A stretch of 64,000 bases of DNA from Eledone cirrhosa (lineage: Eukaryota), in NCBI GenBank assembly GCA_964016885.1, contig OZ024743.1:371380001-371444000 (forward strand). Direction: 5' to 3'. Under the pieces are notes generated by a model, which saw only the letters and a program-made list of their open reading frames with translations, was not told the origin of the DNA and did not search any database. Positions 13,902-25,841 of this stretch are shown here, piece by piece. Both the position numbers and the translations under genes were made by a program. Position 1 is the first letter of the stretch; every line of letters starts with the position of its first letter.

Positions 13902-14657
13902 TCAAGAATCAATCTCCCCCTCACATTGCTGCATGTGATAATCTGCTGTCCAGCCAGGCGGTCGGCGATCTTGCTGTGATCTCCGTAATGTTGGGGCGGC
14001 GCTTTGGATTTCCTCTTCCTCGGAGTCCGTCGACACAACAACTCTACGGACATCCAGGATATGACGTGGTACTCCGTCCACGGACACATTGTTCTGGGAA
14101 TTTACGGCCGTTATCGTTCCCTTTCCCCATTGAGATGTGCAACGTGCGTCTGGGGGCTTAACCCAGACTCCTTCGCCCACCTGTACAAATGCGTTCTCTC
14201 TCTCCGCTGGCCGTTGTGGTACAGTGCACGGGTGCTGCCACTCGTATCTGTATATTGCTCTGTGTGGCACCGATTCCTCAGCCTGTCCCACCCGAGGGGA
14301 CATATACCAAAACACTGCCTCCATTGGTGAGATGTGCCCCCGCTCTACCATTGCTTTGATTGTGCGGTGGTGTCGCTCCACGATTCCATTTCCGCTCGGC
14401 TTATATGCTGCTCTGAAGAAGCGGTCCGCCTTCCACCCATCAAGCATCTCCCTCAGCGCCTCCGAGCGGAACGCTGCGCTGTTGTCCATCAGCAGTTCAT
14501 CCACAGGGCTCCGCTCCAAGAATATCTCTCTCAACGTCCGTGTGATTTCCTCCGCAGTTCCCGTCTTCATTTCGCTCCAATCCGCCATCCGTCCTGGTCC
14601 ACAGTCAACCATCGAGAGGTATGTTTCCTGTTGGTAGTGTGTTACGTCCACCGCCAA
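13902..14657 (-). pseudogene. Gypsy integrase core ORF remnant
   Basis: AVDVTHY...LLMDNSAAFRS...SGNGIVERHHRTIK (D,D35E). Confidence 0.85.
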
Positions 14658-16735
14658 TCACTTCCAGTCGCGATCCACCAGGAGACTTCTCGTCTCGTGC
14701 ACACCCGGGTCGGGATCAATAGACTGACATCGGACGCAGCCTCTGACCACTCTCTGGACACTGTGTCTGCTAATGTCGGAGTCGATTCTCCTGGCTAGGA
14801 ACAGGGTCCTACTACTCCCATGTGGTGCATGTCATGCAACCATTTAAGCTCCGACTCGCTCAGCTGACACACAGCAGCTATCCCCTCTTCTACATCCTCC
14901 GGTGCTTCCATCCAGGCTTTCTTCACCCTGGTTAGAACGTCTGCTCTATTTTTCTCTGAGGGCACGAAGACCACACTCAACCTCAGGTTGAACTCGGCGG
15001 CCAGCTCTCCTAGAGTTCCCAGGCGGCGTTTTATCAGTTTTACACGCTGAGAAGAGTTCCCGTCTATTCATATTTGGGCCCAGTTCCGGGACTTCATTTC
15101 CCGTCCGAAATACTAACGTGCCTGTCTTATCTCTTCATAGCCTAAGTCCCAGCATGGCTTCTCCCTCCAACACCTCCGACGGCTTCGCAGTCAATCCGAA
15201 CCCTTGTAAATGGCTCGTGACCTCCGCCACCGACACTACAGTCTCATCCACTAGGATGTCATCGATGTAGGAATTGGCAGCCCTCTTCATCTTGTCGGCC
15301 TTTCCCAGAATGATCTCAGGTGCATAGTTCAGCCAGAAACCGAGCCTGGTCAGGCAATATGTCCAACCCTTATACCTGACCAGCTGATACTGCCACAGCT
15401 TCTTCACGTGTAGCTGTAGATATGCCGACTTTAAATCGACGGTTGTGGAAGCCCCCCCCCCCCCCCGCCCGTCATACGTCTCCACTCACACAAGGTTTTC
15501 CCACAGACATCCGTGACCTCACCACCCGTGTGGCACGACTCATGCTCATTCAGCTCCCAAAACTCCAATACCGGTCTCCCCTTGTTCCTCGTGGGTTGCG
15601 CCACCACCATTAATAGCAGTACCCCACACTACACCTCTTTCCAGGGAAGCAGTATGCCTTCCTCGATCCATCTCTCTACCTCTCGCTCCTAGTGTCTCCT
15701 TTCAATGTGTGCTGATAGCAGCCCACTTTGTTCTTCAGTGTTGGTGGTTCTCCCTTCCAGTACCACTCAACAACCCATCGTTGCCCGTCGAACACGGCCT
15801 TGATGTCCTTATCCTGTACAGTGTAAGCGGCATATTTTTCCTCGTGGGCCTTCTCGTTCTCCTGTCGCATACTGGTGCAGTGCCGCCATCGTTCACTGTG
15901 ATGCCTCCTAAATGGCCAATCACGTCCATGCCCATTACTACGCCGATTCCATCCACTATTCCATTCCTACCGTCGACTGCCTTTACGCTACTCTTCCCGC
16001 TCCACTTCTGCCCCCCCCCTGGTCACTAGTGTCGTCGTACAGCCCGTGTCCACGAGGGCTCGTAATGGCTTTCCACTCACAAAGACTTTCACCACGGGCA
16101 GCTGCTTTTCTACTCGCGAGGGGTAGCTACCGGTGCAGTAGCCCCCCTTGGACCATTTCCCTGGTCGCAACTGGTAGCGATGTGGCCTGGCCGTTTACAC
16201 CAGTAGCAAATTATGTCTGGCCTTGACTCTCTACAGTCTTTCGCCATGTGTGTGCCCTGGCACCTAAAACAATGACCTCTAAACGTTCGCAGGCGACTGC
16301 GCGCCGTGTTTGTCTCCCTTTCGCCATTTCGCTGTCGGCTGCTCCGGGCCTCCATCATTGCTATTGCCGCAACACTCTTCTTCGCATCCTCTGCTATGAT
16401 GCGGGCTTGCTCTACCAATGCACGCATCTCCATTTCCTTGTAGCCAGGTATTTGCTGCAGTTTCACCGCGATGTCATCCGTAAATCCGTTTATGAACGCC
16501 AAGTGCACCGCATGTTCGCATTCCACCTGAAACCCAGCCAGCATGGCCAATTGCCTTAGCTCCGCTGCAGAAATATCCACACGCTCACCATTCCACCTAA
16601 TCCTTGCCAGCTTAGCAAACGCGGTAAGCGGTCCTTCCACGAACGCTTCCATCATACGCCGCTCAATTTTTTGCACGTTCCTCTGGCTGAGGTCGTCCAA
16701 TTTTCAATTGTAAGTCTTCAGATGCCGAAATAGCT

Positions 16736-16974
16736 TGTAATGAGAAAGCTACTGCACTTACTGCAATTCTGCTAGCTCACTCAGCGAGCTAGCCTCATCC
16801 ACATGGGTACATCCATTCGTCAGTTGCAGCTTGCATTCACACGTCCGTTCGCCGCGGGTCACAGCCGAATGAGGGCCCCCAGATGCTCCTGGGTACGCAT
16901 CTCACATCACTTCCTCTTCCGGTCGATCGTCCCCAGCTTCCGGTCACCTCCTCCACACCACCACACTATCCCCA
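16736..16974 (-). repeat. 5' LTR of Gypsy element
   Basis: Direct repeat of 13642-13886. No TGG primer-binding site follows it, suggesting an internal deletion. Confidence 0.9.
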
Positions 16975-17676
16975 GTCTGCACCAACTAATGTGGTGGCAG
17001 CTGATTAATTGATTAAACCAAATTTCATAACAGTTGCCTCACGAAAAAGAGGGCATCTGTAGTACTTTTCCCAGGCATGTAACCTAACTGCATCTCATCT
17101 AATTTGACTTTTTTCCTAATTAGTTGCACTATAACTCTTTCTATCACTTTCATAACTTGGTTCATTAGTTTTATTCCTCTATAGTTGCTCCTTTCTAGCG
17201 CATCACCTATGACCTTGTAGCAATTTATGATTGTACTGCTGCACATCATTGGGTTTGACTCCGTTCTATATTACCTGATTGACTATGTGGGTTAGTAGTT
17301 TGACTCTTACATCTCACGATGCTTTTAGCATCTCAGTAACTATCTCTATAATGTGTGAGAAACATCTTCAGAGGGAGATTTTGTCCCTAATTGCTTGGAT
17401 TAAACATTTTCAAAACCCTAGATTACATGAGATTCTACTGTGTGTATATATGTGCTAGTGAGATGACAAAAACGATATAGTGGCAGAAATTCTAAGGCAA
17501 AATTCACTGGCGCTGTTAGAATAAGTACCAGTAATATGATTAAATATATTAAATTGGTTATACAACCATTCTATAAAAAAGGATGATAATTATAAAATGG
17601 TACAGAACAACAGAACGTGTTACACTTGTTTCGGCAGGATATACTCGCGTTGAGTATAACCAAGCCTGAATTGAAA

Positions 17677-17691
17677 ATGGCTTCCTACGAG
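17677..17691 (+). CDS. ZMAT2: Zinc finger matrin-type protein 2 (Snu23), exon 1 (MASYE)
   Basis: AAA-ATG-G context and GAG|GTATTT donor; 15 nt, phase 0, in frame with exon 2. Vertebrate ZMAT2 also starts MAS in a tiny first coding exon. Confidence 0.7.
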
Positions 17692-18439
17692 GTATTTTGT
17701 AGAAACAACTTTATAATTTATTCTATTTTAATACATAAAATATTTTAAAACTATATAATTTATACATTTTCAAACAGAATTATACTAAACTAATGTAAAT
17801 ATTTCATTGAATATTGAAGTCAGCACATTTCATTGGCTTAAATACTGTCATTTAATTGGGAAACGGGCTTCAGTTGTGATAACAGCAGAACTAATTTAAA
17901 ACTTGGTTTCCTTTTTTAGTCTTCATTTTTTGTTTGATTGATTATATTTAGTGTACATAGATAATCGCATTATTATTTAAACAACAGAAAGAAGAGAAGT
18001 AATGTTGCAGGTTTTACGATTTTTTTTCCATGTTGCATTAATTTTGTTCATAAGATTCTTTTTCGACGAAGCCCGTGAATGTGCCTAGTTGTTTCAGCGC
18101 CTTAACTTCGCCATCGCCCGTGTTAATGCTGCGAGTGTATTTGCTTGCCTCAAAATGTTCCGTTGACCCTTACGATGTGCGACCGATTGTCGCATTTGGT
18201 GGTGAATTGATGGTCGTTTTTGTTTTTGCTTCCCTATTTTTTCTTCTTTCTCTGGTCATATATTTTGGTACGTTTTATTTTTGTGAGGTTCCTTGCAATG
18301 GTTAATTGTATTTGTTAGATGCGTTTATATTTGTTTTTATCAACGACATTATATTTGTAATGTTATTATGAAAGAATTGTGAGCTGTTTGTGTATATATA
18401 TTATTTAATAAAAGGAAGAGTTTTGTACAACGAACGTGG

Positions 18440-19115
18440 GGATTCATCTATGTTTTTATGCGAGGAACCTTCTTCGCCCCCGCCCCCCCACTCCTGGGAG
18501 GATCGTGGGAGCAGAGTCTCTAAACACCTCCCTCCAGCGGATCCTGTCAGAAGCAACCGCCTCCAACTGATCTGGCTGGATCCCCAAACGTGACCATCCA
18601 AGCTCATGGATGTTATCTAACCATCTTGCTCGGGGTCTACTCTTGGGTCTCTTGCTGGTTGGTTTTGCCAATAAAATTTGTCCAGTGATTCCTTCCTGAT
18701 ACATTTTAACAACATGCTGATAGAACCGGAGCTGTGATCTCCCAATTCAGAGTGACTTTCTGATCTCTGAGCTATGCACTTTATCGAGTAACGTTACTCC
18801 AAAGAGCCTTCGGAGGAATCCTGGTTCGGCCACTTTTTTCACGATCATAATCTTTCGGTCGTTACCCAAGATAGTTAAGGGTTAACACAAATATCAAATT
18901 GAAGATAGTGAGTTTGGCTTTTACGTCTACCTCCCCTCTGATTACTGAATGATGAAGCTGGCACATTACTGCACCAGCTTTTGCAATTCTTGCATTTAAT
19001 TCAGCCGCTTGCCTGCCATCACTCGTGAACACAGACCCGAGATACTTGATCTTCTCAACCTGCTTCAGTGGAACTCCATTCACATGTAGCATGCACTGCA
19101 CAGGCTTCCTTGAGA
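18440..19115 (-). mobile_element. 5'-truncated RTE-type LINE (second family, no PHD insert before YLG)
   Basis: LHVNGVPLKQVEKIKYLGSVFTSDGR...RIAKAGAVM and KRPKSRPRARWLDNI motifs. Confidence 0.75.
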
Positions 19116-19119
19116 TAGA

Positions 19120-19718
19120 AAGGGAGCTATTGATATAAGTTCCATAGGCACAATGGTGGAATCATTATTCCATCCCATAGAAAAAGTGTTCCCTAATCTT
19201 GAATATCAGTTCGCAAGTCATGAGTGGTTCAGTGAAATGGCTATATTTGCCCCGAAAAATAGGACTGTTAAATTGGTAAATCAAAAGCTGTTAAAAAGAA
19301 TTCCAAAAGTTTCAAAGCTCTATCGCTCTGTCAACACTGGTGGAACAGTTGGAAACTGTCAATTACTCGACAGAGTTTCTCAACTCTTTAGAACTACCAG
19401 GAATGCTTCCACATGTTCTTCGCCTTAAAGAAGGAGCACCCATCATGTTATTGAGGAATTTGGAACCCCCAAGCCTATGCAACGGCACTCAATTGGAAAA
19501 GTAGGAAGTCAAACAAATCTTTACATCTATGTACCAGAAAAACAACAAAAATTGTTTATGCAAATATTATAAATTGACCCAATTAATAAAAAAAAGTCCA
19601 TTCTCATCAAGGGGACTATCCTTTGAGGAAGACATCGTCTGGCATGGAATTAAAAAAAATTTGAAATAAAGGCATACTATTATGATTATTGCCCAGGAAT
19701 GATGGGCTACTCAGCTAG
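19120..19718 (+). mobile_element. Helitron remnant (Pif1 helicase fragment plus 3' hairpin-CTAG)
   Basis: W..EMAIFAPKN..V..VN, EFLNSLELPG, LKEGAPIMLLRNLEPPSLCNGT; hairpin GCCCA-N7-TGGGC then CTAG|T at 19715-19719. Confidence 0.85.
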
Positions 19719-20538
19719 TATAATATAAAAGAGAGATGTTTGTTGGTTGGTTGGTGTCTTCGTGCATCACACAAAAACAAAAACTGAAGAAGGGTATACC
19801 CAGGAAGATTTATTGATACTCGTTTTATAAAATCAAAGAAGAAAAACATCTCAGGTATGAAAACCAACCCAACTTCTATTTCTAAACAAGTTGGGAGACA
19901 ACCTTAAGGGATTCTCTCTGCTGTCAGTGATGCCCGTGTTTTGTGGCCAGTGTCTCCATGGATTTGAATGCTGGTTTGCACTCACACATATATAAAAGAT
20001 TGGGATTCCCATCATCCTTTTGAGAAACCTGGACCCGCCACATCTATGCAATGGCACACTTAACAGTCAGGTGGATGATGAACCCTCTCCTGGAGGTCAT
20101 TATTCTTGGAAGCAATCATCAAGAACAAAATGCATTTATTCCCAAGATTCCTCTCATCCCTTCCCCTACTGAGCTGCCATTCAAATTCTCAAGACTTCAG
20201 TTTAAGACTGTTTGAGCCAGTTTTGCTATGACCATACAAAAAGATCAGGGTCAGAGTCTCAGAGTTATTGGATTGAATATGAGAGAATCGGTTTTTACCC
20301 ATGGACAGTTAAATGTAGGTTGTTCACGAGTGGGGACTCCTAGAAATCTTTATATACTATGCACAAACGGTAAAACGAAGAATCTGGTGTATCTGGAAGA
20401 TTTGAAGCTTTTTTTTTCACACACCATGGTTACGTTTCATACTGTAAACCAGACAACGCATCCAATATAGTCGTTTTCTTTTCTACCTATCTTCTCTTAT
20501 CATCTATTCACCTGGGCGAAGCTGGGTACGTCAACTAG
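19719..20538 (+). mobile_element. Second Helitron remnant, head-to-tail with the first
   Basis: TATAATATAAAAGAGAG...(TTGG)n head; IILLRNLDPPHLCNGT, FAMTIQKDQGQSL, VFTHGQLNVGCSRV; CCTGGGCGAAGCTGGG hairpin then CTAG|T. Confidence 0.88.
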
Positions 20539-20626
20539 TTTGTAATGTATAAAAATGATTTACTACACTCAACACTGATCTTTAAATATGCACACTCTTT
20601 TTGAAATTTACTCTCGAGAATCGGAC

Positions 20627-21590
20627 ATGGACAAAATCCCCAGCAGACAAAGTCCTCTAAGACAAAATTGCCACCCTATCATACAACTCCCCGGCACACA
20701 TAGTTTTAAAAAATATATTTATAGACTTTGATAGCTAACAGAAAACAGAATAAATTAAAACTATATACATAATATATCTGATGTATAAAATCTATTTATA
20801 GACTTTAATAGCTAAAAGAAAACATTAGAATAGATTAAAACTATATACACATACCATCATCATCATCCTTTTACGTCTGCTTTTTCCTGCTTGCAAGGGT
20901 GGGACGGGCCCTCTTCAGTACAGCAGCTCTCCATTCGTCATGGTCCCTCATCATCTCCCCTGTGAGTGATCTGAGGTCAGCTCTCACTACCTCCGCCCAT
21001 GTTTTTCGTGGTCTTCCTCTAATGCATCTTCCTTCCACCGAGATTTCTTCTTCACCCAGTGGTCATCTTCCATGCGCATCACATGGCCATACCAACACAG
21101 TCTTCTCTCCTGCACACTACTGTTTATCCCTCTTATACACAGTTTCTCTCTCAACTCGTCCATGCTTGGTCGTTCACACACATTGACATTGCACATCCAT
21201 CGGAGCATGTTTGCTTCATTTCTCTCCAGCCTTCTCATATCCTCCGCAGTTGCTGCCCATGTCTCACTGCCATGCAGCATCGCGCATCTCACATAAGCAT
21301 CATATAACCGGCCTTTCATAAGCAGGGAGAAACCCTTCGTTGTCAACAGAGGAAGCAGCTCCCTAAACTTTTTCCATTCTGTCCTTATTCCTCCCTTGCT
21401 TATCTGATTACCTAGATATCAGAAGGTATCAACCACCTCTATAGATCCTACCTGCATTTGAAAAATGTGCCAATCACTGACACTTCTACTATCAATTATG
21501 AGTATAGTTTTAATTTATTCTGTTTTCTTTTAGTTATTAAAGTCTATAAATATTTTTTTACAAACTATGTGAGTGTTTAGGTGGGGCATC
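20627..21590. repeat. Foldback/MITE-like element: ~80-bp inverted arms enclosing an RTE fragment
   Basis: 20691-20765 is the reverse complement of 21503-21586; the arm is partly duplicated at 20794-20850; GGACAAAATCCC-like subrepeats at the left end. Confidence 0.6.
20856..21480 (-). mobile_element. 5'-truncated RTE LINE with (GAT)n tail
   Basis: ORF 20987-21346 KGRLYDAYVRCAMLHGSETW...; (CAT)n at 20856-20867. Confidence 0.85.
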
Positions 21591-24330
21591 ATTATCATCA
21601 CTTTTATGTCCGTTTTTCCACATGTGCATGGACAGTCCTTTTCAACATGCCTTCTTTCCACTTGCTGCGTTCCTTCATCATTTCCTCTGTGAGTTTCAAT
21701 AATTTGAGATCAGTTCTCCTCACCTGGTCTTCCAGTTGAGGAGAACTTCTTAGTTGACTTTTACTGCAACTTCCTTCCACTGGGATTTCCTGGCACTTTT
21801 TCACTCAGCAATCACCATCCATGCGCTTCCCATGTCCATACCAACACAGTCTTCTCTCTTGCACACCACATCGGATTCCTCTTAAACCCAGTTTCTCCCT
21901 CTATTCATCCAAGCTCCGCCTTTCCCTCACATTTACATTGCAGATCCAACAAAGCATGGTTGCTTCATTTCTCTCCAGGCTACACTTATCCTCTGCAGTT
22001 ACTACCCATGTTTTTCTACCATGGACACAGGCATCGTACAATTGTCCTTTTGTATGTAGGGAGAAATCTTTGGTTGTCAACAGTGGGAGTAGCTCTAAAC
22101 TTCTTCCATTCTGTCCTTATTCTAGCTATTATGCTCTCAGAGCACTCTCCTCCGCTGTTAATTAAGTCACTTCGATAGCAGAAGCTATCAACCACTTCTA
22201 TGGATTCTTCATGGGATTGGAAAAGGTTTGTATCACTGACATTCTTCCCCTTGAATACCCCTGCGCATTTTCTACAAACTTCCTGTTAGTCTACCTGATT
22301 TCCCACTACATATCTTGTGAATACAAGATTGTGTACATCATATAGAATTTATGCCTACTCCTTTTCTACATATTGAGCAGGGCCACTTCCATGAGAGAAT
22401 CGAGGTCCTATCTTCTTTTCTACTTACTAGCACTTTAGCCTTGGCTAAGTTTACTCTCAGACCATTTGATTCCAAATTCTGTTTCTATAGTTGGAACTTA
22501 TTCTCTAGTTCTTTTATGGATTCAGTTATAAGGATCAGATTATCTGCATAGAGAAGTTCCCATTGACAGCCGGTCTTAAACTCCTTTGTTATGGCCTAGA
22601 GAACTATGATACACAGCAGTAGGCTAAGAACCGAACCTTGATGAACTCCTACCTGTACTTTGAATTCCTCACTCAACTTTACTGACAGCTCCTCTGTACA
22701 TGGCTTGCATTACTCTTACATACAAGCCATTCTTCTACACCTAATTTCCTTAAGGAGTACCAAATAATAGATCGAGGAACTCTGTCAAAGGCCTTTTCCA
22801 GATCAACAAAAGCTAAATATAGTTGCTTATTCTTCTCTAAGAACCTCCCTTGTAGTTGTCTCACTAAAAAGAGGGCATCTCTAGTACTTTTCCTAGGTAT
22901 CTCGTTTAATTCGACCTTTTCCCTAATTAGCTGTGCTATAACTCTTTCTGTCACTTTCATAACTTTAATTTTATTCCTCTACAGTTGTTTCTTTCTAGAA
23001 CATCACCTTTACCCTTGTAGCAATTTATGATTGTACTGCTGCACATCATTGGGTATGACTCAATTCTGTATTACCTGATTGACTATGTGGGTTAGTAGTT
23101 TGACTCTTACATCTCTCGATGCTTTTAACATCTTGGCATAATTGTCAAATTTAATAACTTGTCCTTCTGTTAACTAAGTTGGGTGTAGTCTCTTCTCCTC
23201 CCATTCATTCTCTACATTCATCAGCTTCTCACAGTAACATTTCTGGGCCTCTTTCTTCTGAACACCAGTGGAGCTAATTGCACCAGTGTCACTTCCAACA
23301 CATCCCCAACAACATCCCGATTCACACCGACATACTGCCTTACAATGCCACTTCATGTCTCTGATTCTCAGGTCTCAAGACATTGGCAAACTTTCTTTTT
23401 TTTCAGCCTTTCTCTGAGATATGTACACCTGTCATCTAGCTTCTCTCTTAGCTACCTGGTGCCAGTTTCTGCTACCCCCATTTTTCCTATCCTTCCACAC
23501 TTGTTTCTTGACTTAAATGGCTCATCTACTGTGCTTTTCCACCATTAAGTCACCCTCTATCTGGCTAGTGCTTTACTCCATCCTCAAGTTTCATCAGTAG
23601 TTCGCAAAAGGTTGTTATACAAGAATTTCCAATTGTCCCCTTCATATAGTATCTACCTCATCACCCTTCTCATCAAACGCACCCTGTAGGGCCTTTCCAC
23701 ACCTATATTTAACTAAATTGTCCTTTAGCTTCCACACCCTTTGTCTCCATATTTTCCTGCATACCTTATTCTGTCTTGTGCTTCTTCTAATGTCACTAAT
23801 AACTAACTTGTATTGGGCCGATATTCTTCCCCAGGGAAGGCCTTAGTATTTATTACAGTCTGTTTATCTTGTCTTACAAGTAAGAAACCAATTTAGCTTG
23901 TGCGTTTACCTGATTGGTATGAGATCACATGGCTAACCGCTTTCCTTCATTTCTTGAGCCATAGCCATAACCGCCATGGACTCCATTGAATCCGTCTTGG
24001 TACTGTCCAACATGTCTATTGAAGTTGCCTGCCAGGATGATGAGGTCTCTTTCATCAATATCTGAACTTGTCTGTAAAAGTTCTTCATAGAACCTGTGGA
24101 GCATAGGTAGATGTTTTTCTTTTCTCAATTTTAATGTTTTGTCTTACCAACATCCGCTTTAGCAAACTCCATGCTCTAACATCACTACATACCTCTCCTC
24201 CCTCTCCATCACCTTCTGATTTGTTGTTTGGCAGACATGACCTTGCACCCCTTTTTCCATCACCTTCCTGCCCTTTGCTTTTCATCAATGTCAATTCGCT
24301 ACTTTGCAGATTGTTGCTACCCGTGTAGAT
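21590..24330 (-). mobile_element. Near full-length degenerate RTE LINE (APE plus RT)
   Basis: STYAPQ, ILAGNFNRHVG, LAFVDLEKAFDRVPRS, CQWELLYADN fragments; (GAT)n-like tail at about 21590. Confidence 0.88.
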
Positions 24331-24334
24331 AAAT

Positions 24335-24580
24335 GTCTAGGAGAGCAGTCGCTCTGAGTAAAGTAAGATTAAGATTGAGAAGGCAGATCATCTACGATGA
24401 GAGAATCTTCAATTATAAATGACTCTCCGGGCAGACGTGGACCCCGTAGCTGTAATGAAAGCAGCTCATCTAGGATAGTGACTCTAATTAAAAATGATCA
24501 CATGGGGCAGACATGGACTCTGTAAGCCATAGTGAAGGCAACCTGTCTAGGAGAGAAGACACTCCAAATAAGAACTGATA
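24335..24580 (+). repeat. ~79-bp degenerate tandem units resembling RTE 5' UTR sequence
   Basis: GAAGGCA....TCTAGGA...ACTC recurs at about 24335, 24378, 24457 and 24535; GGGCAGACRTGGAC appears twice. Confidence 0.55.
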
Positions 24581-25841
24581 CAGAGTGGAGAAGATTCTTG
24601 AGTCCAGTAAGACAACTTCTCTAGTGCCTGTCGCATGAACAATGTACCCAGTCAATGCTCAAAAGTGGTTGGTGATACGAAGGGCATTCAACCAGAACAA
24701 ACCTTGCCAAAATTATGGAAAGTACAACAAACAAGATTCACACTAATTGCATATACAGGACTAACATTAGTCATGTTAGCGCTGCACATGGTATTGGGGT
24801 GGCTTACTTAGCCATGTGCAAGAACCTCTCAACTGTCATCAAGCATTTGCACAGCCTTTTTCCCTCCCAGGTATATAGAACTTCTACTTAAGGAACTAAC
24901 ATCTATCAAGATACAAATCTCAGGAGTGCCACCCTTAATACTAGCACCCGGAAAAGTGAATCAGGTGAAATTGTGGAGCTGTTAGAGAAGAGAGATGTGG
25001 ATGTATGCTGTGTACAAACGGTAAGATGGAGGGCTGCCTCAGTGAGACTACTCACAGGCAAACAACATAGATACAAACTTTACTGGGCAGGAAATAATGA
25101 TGGGGTCGGTGGTGTAGACATCGTACAGGTTGAGAAATGGATAGATAAGGTGATAGATATGGTTAGAGTAAGGCGGTATTCTAATCCTATTGTATCTCTC
25201 TCAGTTATTTACCATGCGACCCTCAGTTCCTACCCCCCCCCCCCTCTCTATGCACTTCTTTAAGGCTTACTACCCTGTCTTTAACCTAATTCATTCAATC
25301 TGAAAATATTGAAGAGATAAGACACTTTCCCATTCTTCTCTGCTAAAATGTACCACTAGAGCTGATTCCAATTTTCCCAGCCAGCCATCCATCTAATCTA
25401 CGAAGGTATTTTAGCCTACATATTGTCGTTAATATTATGATGTTCCCTGCTGTATTAGCGTTAAATTTTCCCTGCTGTATTAGCGATAAATTTTCGAGGG
25501 TTTCTCTTAGTAGCTTTTTTCATGACGTTATTATTGTTAATTTTACTGATGTAGTATTAACTTGGATATTTACCATGCGACCCTCAGTTCCTACCTCATA
25601 ATTTCCCTCCCCCCCACCCCCACACACCACCATAGTCTATTCGACCAATCAAACCTAGCATGCCATTTCCACTGCTGCTGCTGCTGCTACTACCTGCCTA
25701 ACTAACTCTCTCCTCCTCTGGCGCATCCCAACACACCCTGCCATTACCCCACCACCACTGTCCTTCTAGCCCTCAATTTTCCCACCGTTATGGATGGATG
25801 AGCTGGGAATACACGAGCAACTCTGAATCAATAGATGAAAT

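Larger units (their letters stand above)
13642..16974 (-). mobile_element. Gypsy LTR retrotransposon, degenerate (gag with two CCHC knuckles, protease, RT, partial RNase H, integrase)
   Basis: Direct LTRs 13642-13886 and 16736-16974 (TG..CA); 5-bp TSD GTCTG (13637-13641, 16975-16979); motifs CFRCQGTHMAKDC, LVDTGC, YIDDILV, SGNGIVERHHRT; purine-rich tract next to the 3' LTR. Confidence 0.93.
13521..17032 (-). mobile_element. Short solo LTR (~175 bp net), split by the Gypsy element
   Basis: TG...CA termini; 5-bp TSD GTTGC at 13516-13520 and 17033-17037; AATAAA on the minus strand at about 13560. Confidence 0.65.
12297..17345 (-). mobile_element. Degenerate RTE LINE, interrupted at 13521-17032 by nested LTR insertions
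   Basis: RT reading ...DALFFVRQ (ends about 17033) resumes as EKFLA...DLEKA at about 13515; the 3' part encodes QERRLRWYGHV...GRPKKTWD. Confidence 0.85.

Noticed and set aside
13709-14161. ORFs starting within the Gypsy LTRs (also 16803-17012)
   Set aside because: Antisense, GC-rich chance frames that differ between the two LTR contexts.
25206-25595. 29-bp direct repeat as the LINE's target-site duplication
   Set aside because: Both copies lie 5' of the ORF, inside the insertion; none occurs after the tail.
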